From: an uncultured Planctomycetales bacterium
GTDB taxonomy: Bacteria; Omnitrophota; Gorgyraeia; Zapsychrales; Zapsychraceae
Length of the DNA stretch: 48,515 nt
Direction: 5' to 3'
Assembly: GCA_964348765.1 (NCBI GenBank)
Contig: CAYGEE010000002.1
Coordinates: 1 to 48,515, forward strand
The position numbers and the translations under genes were made by a program. Under the pieces are notes generated by a model. The model was given only the letters and a program-made list of their open reading frames with translations, made no database searches and was not told where the DNA came from. This document shows, one piece after another, positions 44,993 to 48,515 of the stretch. Each line of letters opens with the position of its first letter. Positions within the stretch are counted from its first letter, which is position 1.

Positions 44993-46498
44993 ATGCCTAC
45001 TAAATTCTACATCACAACCCCCATCTACTACGTCAACGACAAACCGCACATCGGTCATGCTTATACGACGATCTTGGCGGATTGTTTGGCTCGATTTCAT
45101 CGGGTTGCCGGCGATGAAGTTTTCTTTTTGACCGGTGTTGATGAGCACGGACAGAAAGTTCAACAGGCTGCCGAAAAACGTGGTGTGTCCGCTCAAGCGC
45201 ACTGTGATGAATTTGCTCCTCGATTTCTAGATCTATGGAAGAAGCTTAATATCTCCAACGATGATTTCGTCCGTACCACGCAGGATCGCCATAAAAGCGT
45301 CGTCCAATCGATCTTACAAAAAATTTATGATTCCGGCGATATTTACATGGCGGAATATGAAGGATGGTATTCTGTTTCTGAAGAGCGTTTTATAACGGAA
45401 ACGGAAAAAGATTCGGGTCAATTCCGTGACGTTAAAATGATCAAAGAACGCAATTGGTTCTTTAAGATGAGCAAGTATCAGCAGAAGTTGATCGATCATA
45501 TTAATGCACATCCGGAATTTATCCAGCCTATTTTTAGACGAAATGAAGTTTTGGGATTTCTAAAACAGCCTTTAGCGGATCTTTGTATATCGCGTCCGAA
45601 AGCTCGGCTTAACTGGGGCATTGAGATCCCTTTTGATAAAGATTATGTGACGTATGTCTGGTTTGACGCGCTGGTCAATTATATTTCGATCATTGGTTAC
45701 GGCAAAGATGAAAAACGATTCCAACATCTCTGGCCGGCGGACGCGCATTTGATCGGCAAAGATATTTTAACGACCCATTCCGTTTACTGGACAACGATGC
45801 TTTTTTCGCTGGGTTTGCCGATGCCGCAAACGATCTTCGCCCACGGTTGGTGGCTTATTGGTGAAACGAAGATGAGCAAATCTTTAGGAAATGTTATTAA
45901 TCCACTAGATCTCGTCGACCAATACGGCGTTGACGCTGTTCGTTATTATTTGATGAAAGAAATGGTCTTGGGCCAAGACGCGAATTTTACAATGGAATCG
46001 TTTGTTCGCCGGTTTAACAGTGACCTGGCCAATGATTTCGGAAATCTTTTAAATCGCGTGAGTGGATTGATCACTAAGCTTTTTGATGGCAATGTGCCAA
46101 TCCTAAAAAGTAAGATGATCAGTGATGAGCCAACAATGAATGATGCTTCAAAGTTGAAATCTAACGTTGAGAAATTAATAAATGAATTGAAGGTGAATGA
46201 AGCTATCGATGAAATTATGAAGCATGTTAGGATTGTTAATGCTTACATTGAGATACAGGCTCCATGGAAAGTAGCAAAAACTGATTTAGAGCGGGCAGGG
46301 ACAATTCTTTATGTTGCAACAGAATCACTACGTATATGTGCTGTTTTACTCTCTCCTGTAATGCCCTCAAAATCCCATGTCGTTTTGGATGTTTTAGGCG
46401 CTGTAGATACAAGCCCTGAATGGGGTGGATTGAAGTCTGATACTAAGCTTAAAACCCATGTTGCCCTTTTCCCGCGTCTAGAAGTAGAAAAAACCTAA
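44993..46498 (+). CDS. metG: Methionine--tRNA ligase (short form, no C-terminal tRNA-binding domain)
   Basis: 'FYITTPIYYVNDKPHIGHAYT' (HIGH) and 'KMSKSLGN' (KMSKS). 501 aa. Confidence 0.95.
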   Translation: MPTKFYITTPIYYVNDKPHIGHAYTTILADCLARFHRVAGDEVFFLTGVDEHGQKVQQAAEKRGVSAQAHCDEFAPRFLDLWKKLNISNDDFVRTTQDRHKSVVQSILQKIYDSGDIYMAEYEGWYSVSEERFITETEKDSGQFRDVKMIKERNWFFKMSKYQQKLIDHINAHPEFIQPIFRRNEVLGFLKQPLADLCISRPKARLNWGIEIPFDKDYVTYVWFDALVNYISIIGYGKDEKRFQHLWPADAHLIGKDILTTHSVYWTTMLFSLGLPMPQTIFAHGWWLIGETKMSKSLGNVINPLDLVDQYGVDAVRYYLMKEMVLGQDANFTMESFVRRFNSDLANDFGNLLNRVSGLITKLFDGNVPILKSKMISDEPTMNDASKLKSNVEKLINELKVNEAIDEIMKHVRIVNAYIEIQAPWKVAKTDLERAGTILYVATESLRICAVLLSPVMPSKSHVVLDVLGAVDTSPEWGGLKSDTKLKTHVALFPRLEVEKT

Positions 46499-46540
46499 TT
46501 CGTAAAAGGTCTCTACCAATAATTTAAATAATTTAAGGCC

Positions 46541-46600
46541 TTGTTTAGCTGAAATGACATGCTATAATTAAAGCGTACATGTTTACGTACATAATGACAT
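46541..46600 (+). promoter_or_regulatory. Putative promoter (TTGTTT-16-TGcTATAAT) plus operator-like repeats upstream of yefM
   Basis: TTGTTT at 46541-46546 and TATAAT at 46563-46568, preceded by TGC (extended -10). CGTACAT occurs at 46574-46580 and 46586-46592 (12-bp register). AATGACAT occurs at 46553-46560 and 46593-46600. Confidence 0.5.
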
Positions 46601-46618
46601 TACGAGGAGAAAAATGAT

Positions 46619-46873
46619 ATGGACAGTATTACAGCCACAGAGGCGCGCAGTAAATGGTTTGAATTGTTGAAGAAATCTGTCAAGGGTCACAGAGTTTTTC
46701 GTATCGCTTCCAAGGAAGGCGATGCCATTCTTTTGTCGGAGGAGGATTATGAAAGCCTTTTAGAGACGCTAGAGCTTCTTTCACAGCCAGGGCTTGTTAA
46801 GAGCCTTAAAGAATCTAAAAGAGATATTAAAAAGGGGAAAACGTACTCGATGAAAGAGGTTTTTGGTGGTTGA
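46619..46873 (+). CDS. yefM: Type II antitoxin, Phd/YefM family
   Basis: 84 aa. 'ITATEARSKWFELLKKS.....V.RI......AILLSEEDYESLLETLELL' is typical of Phd/YefM. It overlaps the downstream toxin gene. Confidence 0.85.
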   Translation: MDSITATEARSKWFELLKKSVKGHRVFRIASKEGDAILLSEEDYESLLETLELLSQPGLVKSLKESKRDIKKGKTYSMKEVFGG

Positions 46874-47132
46874 GCCTTTTTTGTACACCATCCGCATTGC
46901 CAATCGCGCGAGAAAAGATATCGAAAAGTTGGAACCAAAGGTGAAAGAAAAATTGCGCGATATTCTTGAGAACGTGATCAGTCAGAACCCGTATGAGGGG
47001 AAAAAACTCATTGGAGATCTCGCCGGGTATTATTCTTATCGGCTCACTTATAAAGACCGCATCATTTACAGCATTGATGAAAAGCAGAAAATAATTTATG
47101 TCGAGCGCGCCAGAACTCATTATGGCGAGTAG
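46863..47132 (+). CDS. yoeB: Type II toxin, Txe/YoeB (RelE superfamily) mRNA interferase
   Basis: 89 aa. The C-terminal 'YSYRLTYKDRIIYSIDEKQKIIYVERARTHY' parallels YoeB 'SRRIT.EHRLVY.V......I..CR.HY'. Non-ATG start (TTG 46863 or GTG 46866). Confidence 0.8.
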   Translation: MVVEPFLYTIRIANRARKDIEKLEPKVKEKLRDILENVISQNPYEGKKLIGDLAGYYSYRLTYKDRIIYSIDEKQKIIYVERARTHYGE

Positions 47133-47166
47133 GAAACGGTCGCGACCGTTCCCTGCGTGTTTTTTT
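47132..47166. terminator. Bidirectional terminator between yoeB and the convergent SGNH-like gene
   Basis: AACGGTCG/CGACCGTT palindrome (47135-47150) flanked by GGA/TCC, followed by the T-run GTTTTTTT at 47159-47166. Confidence 0.7.
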
Positions 47167-47167
47167 A

Positions 47168-48442
47168 TTATCTATTTTTCAAATTCAAAAACGAATTGTT
47201 TTCAGGACTATAACTAAAGACACGGCCTTCAGCCCCCCAGGCCCGGTGTTTGAGGATGAGGGCGATCCCATTGGCATAAAGGTGGTTGCCGATAGAGTTG
47301 TAATGGGAAGATCTGTTAAATGTTTTCTTTGGGTCGATCTTAAGAGCTGTTTGGGTTTTACTGATAAGATTATTGATGTTATATATTGAAACAAAAGATT
47401 CATTATCTTTGAGCAGCTTTTGCAGAGGATGCGGGAGGCTTTCAAAAGATTCGCTGACGGTGAAAATGACATTTGTTTTATTGCGTTTGGCAGTTGCGAG
47501 GATCTCTTCTACGATCTTAAGGTTGTATTTTAATTGGACTTGCTCTTCGCGGTCAGACTCGACGATGGTTAAATATTTCTTTTGAAGATAAAAGTTCTTA
47601 AAGAGTAATCCGGAATTAAAGAATGAGAAAAGTGGTGTTGTTAGTAACGTCTCCGCACCGGTGAATTTAAATGGATCGTAGATCCGTTTTTTTCTAAAGC
47701 TTTCGTCAAAGAAATTCCCGGGAGTGAAGCTTTCGCTTAATAATAGATCGTCTTTTATCGTAAAGTAAGAGCTGTACATCGGTGATTGTTTGAGTGTTAA
47801 TCCTCGCAGCATGTCATTTTCGAGAAGATCCCTTCTGCCGAGTAAAACATAGTTGAAGACAATGACATCGGGATGGAACTGGAGGGCATCATTAACATAT
47901 CTTAGATAGCTTAATCCTAGTCCGTAGCCAGAAACTCCGAAGTTTAAGACTTCAAGATTTCCCATGGATCTCTCTAGGATGAACGGCCATGTATTTTCTT
48001 CTTGTTCGCCGTCGCAGAAGACAAAGGAATCTCCAAAAACAGCAACACGTAATTTATTCTCAGGAGGGATCGGTTGATAGTTAGTCGTCCCGCGAAGCCC
48101 TTGGGCGCTTGATCGATATCGGTAATAACTTTTATTTTTCCCAAGATTGTAGCCGACGTCAGAGTCGGTCTTGTAGAAGCCTTGATGTTCGGAAGGAGTA
48201 ATGTAAATATCATTGATCAACTGGTTTTTGATGATCGCATCAAGAAAATATTGGCTGCCGACGATAAAAAGGCTTTTGCTTTGAGAAACAAAGTATAATA
48301 GGAAAATAAAACAGATCGCTTCGATGATGAGGATGTTTATACTCACCAAAGTGCTTAATTTCCACCAGCGGTTGGATGGATTTTTTTTGGTGAGCGTGAA
48401 GAAAGCCGCGAGGAGAAGTGAGAATAAGATTAAACTGGCCAT
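47168..48442 (-). CDS. Membrane-anchored SGNH/GDSL-like hydrolase-domain protein (function unknown)
   Basis: 424 aa with two N-terminal TM helices. 'RVAVFGDSFVF' looks like GDS block I, 'LNFGVSGYG' like block II, and the C-terminal 'SSHYNSIGNHLYA' like block V. Confidence 0.5.
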   Translation of the reverse strand: MASLILFSLLLAAFFTLTKKNPSNRWWKLSTLVSINILIIEAICFIFLLYFVSQSKSLFIVGSQYFLDAIIKNQLINDIYITPSEHQGFYKTDSDVGYNLGKNKSYYRYRSSAQGLRGTTNYQPIPPENKLRVAVFGDSFVFCDGEQEENTWPFILERSMGNLEVLNFGVSGYGLGLSYLRYVNDALQFHPDVIVFNYVLLGRRDLLENDMLRGLTLKQSPMYSSYFTIKDDLLLSESFTPGNFFDESFRKKRIYDPFKFTGAETLLTTPLFSFFNSGLLFKNFYLQKKYLTIVESDREEQVQLKYNLKIVEEILATAKRNKTNVIFTVSESFESLPHPLQKLLKDNESFVSIYNINNLISKTQTALKIDPKKTFNRSSHYNSIGNHLYANGIALILKHRAWGAEGRVFSYSPENNSFLNLKNR

Positions 48443-48515
48443 AAGGGAATTTTATTGATGAGACAAAAAAACCAAAAATCACGTACCCAAAGATTGCCAA
48501 AATGATTTCGAGTTT

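Overview
This 48.5-kb window comes from a visibly AT-rich, LPS-producing diderm bacterium. It carries BamA-Skp-LpxD-LpxC/FabZ-LpxA-LpxI, LolE/LolD and MlaEFD. It is almost all housekeeping: about 55 CDS and one tRNA-Gln(UUG). Every gene from 6.6 kb to 47.1 kb is on the + strand; only ppiD and a terminal SGNH-like gene are on the - strand. Gene order repeats four blocks known from Bacillus: ispE-spoVG-glmU-prs-ctc-pth, rpsF-ssb-rpsR/rplI-dnaB, mcsA-mcsB-clpC...radA-yacL-ispD-ispF-cysE-cysS, and tmk-holB-yaaT. I found no CRISPR array, transposase, integrase or recognisable defence operon. The only accessory-type module is a YefM/YoeB toxin-antitoxin pair at 46.6-47.1 kb.

The most unusual signal is non-coding, in three groups:
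- At least six intercistronic gaps hold long imperfect hairpins (64-121 nt). Each arm is built from tandem degenerate 7-nt units. The unit differs between loci, but the architecture is the same.
- A nested-palindrome repeat (GTGTCATTGCGAG...CGAAGCAATCTTTTAAAAGATTGCTTCG...CTCGCAATGACAC) occurs three times, and two copies bracket tmk.
- A family of stop-codon-proximal hairpins shares the stem base GTARRGRC. One pair shows a compensatory base change.

Coding oddities:
- SpoVG carries an inserted CxxC-x10-CxxC zinc ribbon.
- A 33-aa ultra-basic small ORF, below the ORF-track cutoff, resembles bS22.
- mcsA-mcsB-clpC is packed tightly against an unknown secreted beta-rich protein and mlaEFD.

All product calls rest on motif recognition by eye. 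No database search was run.
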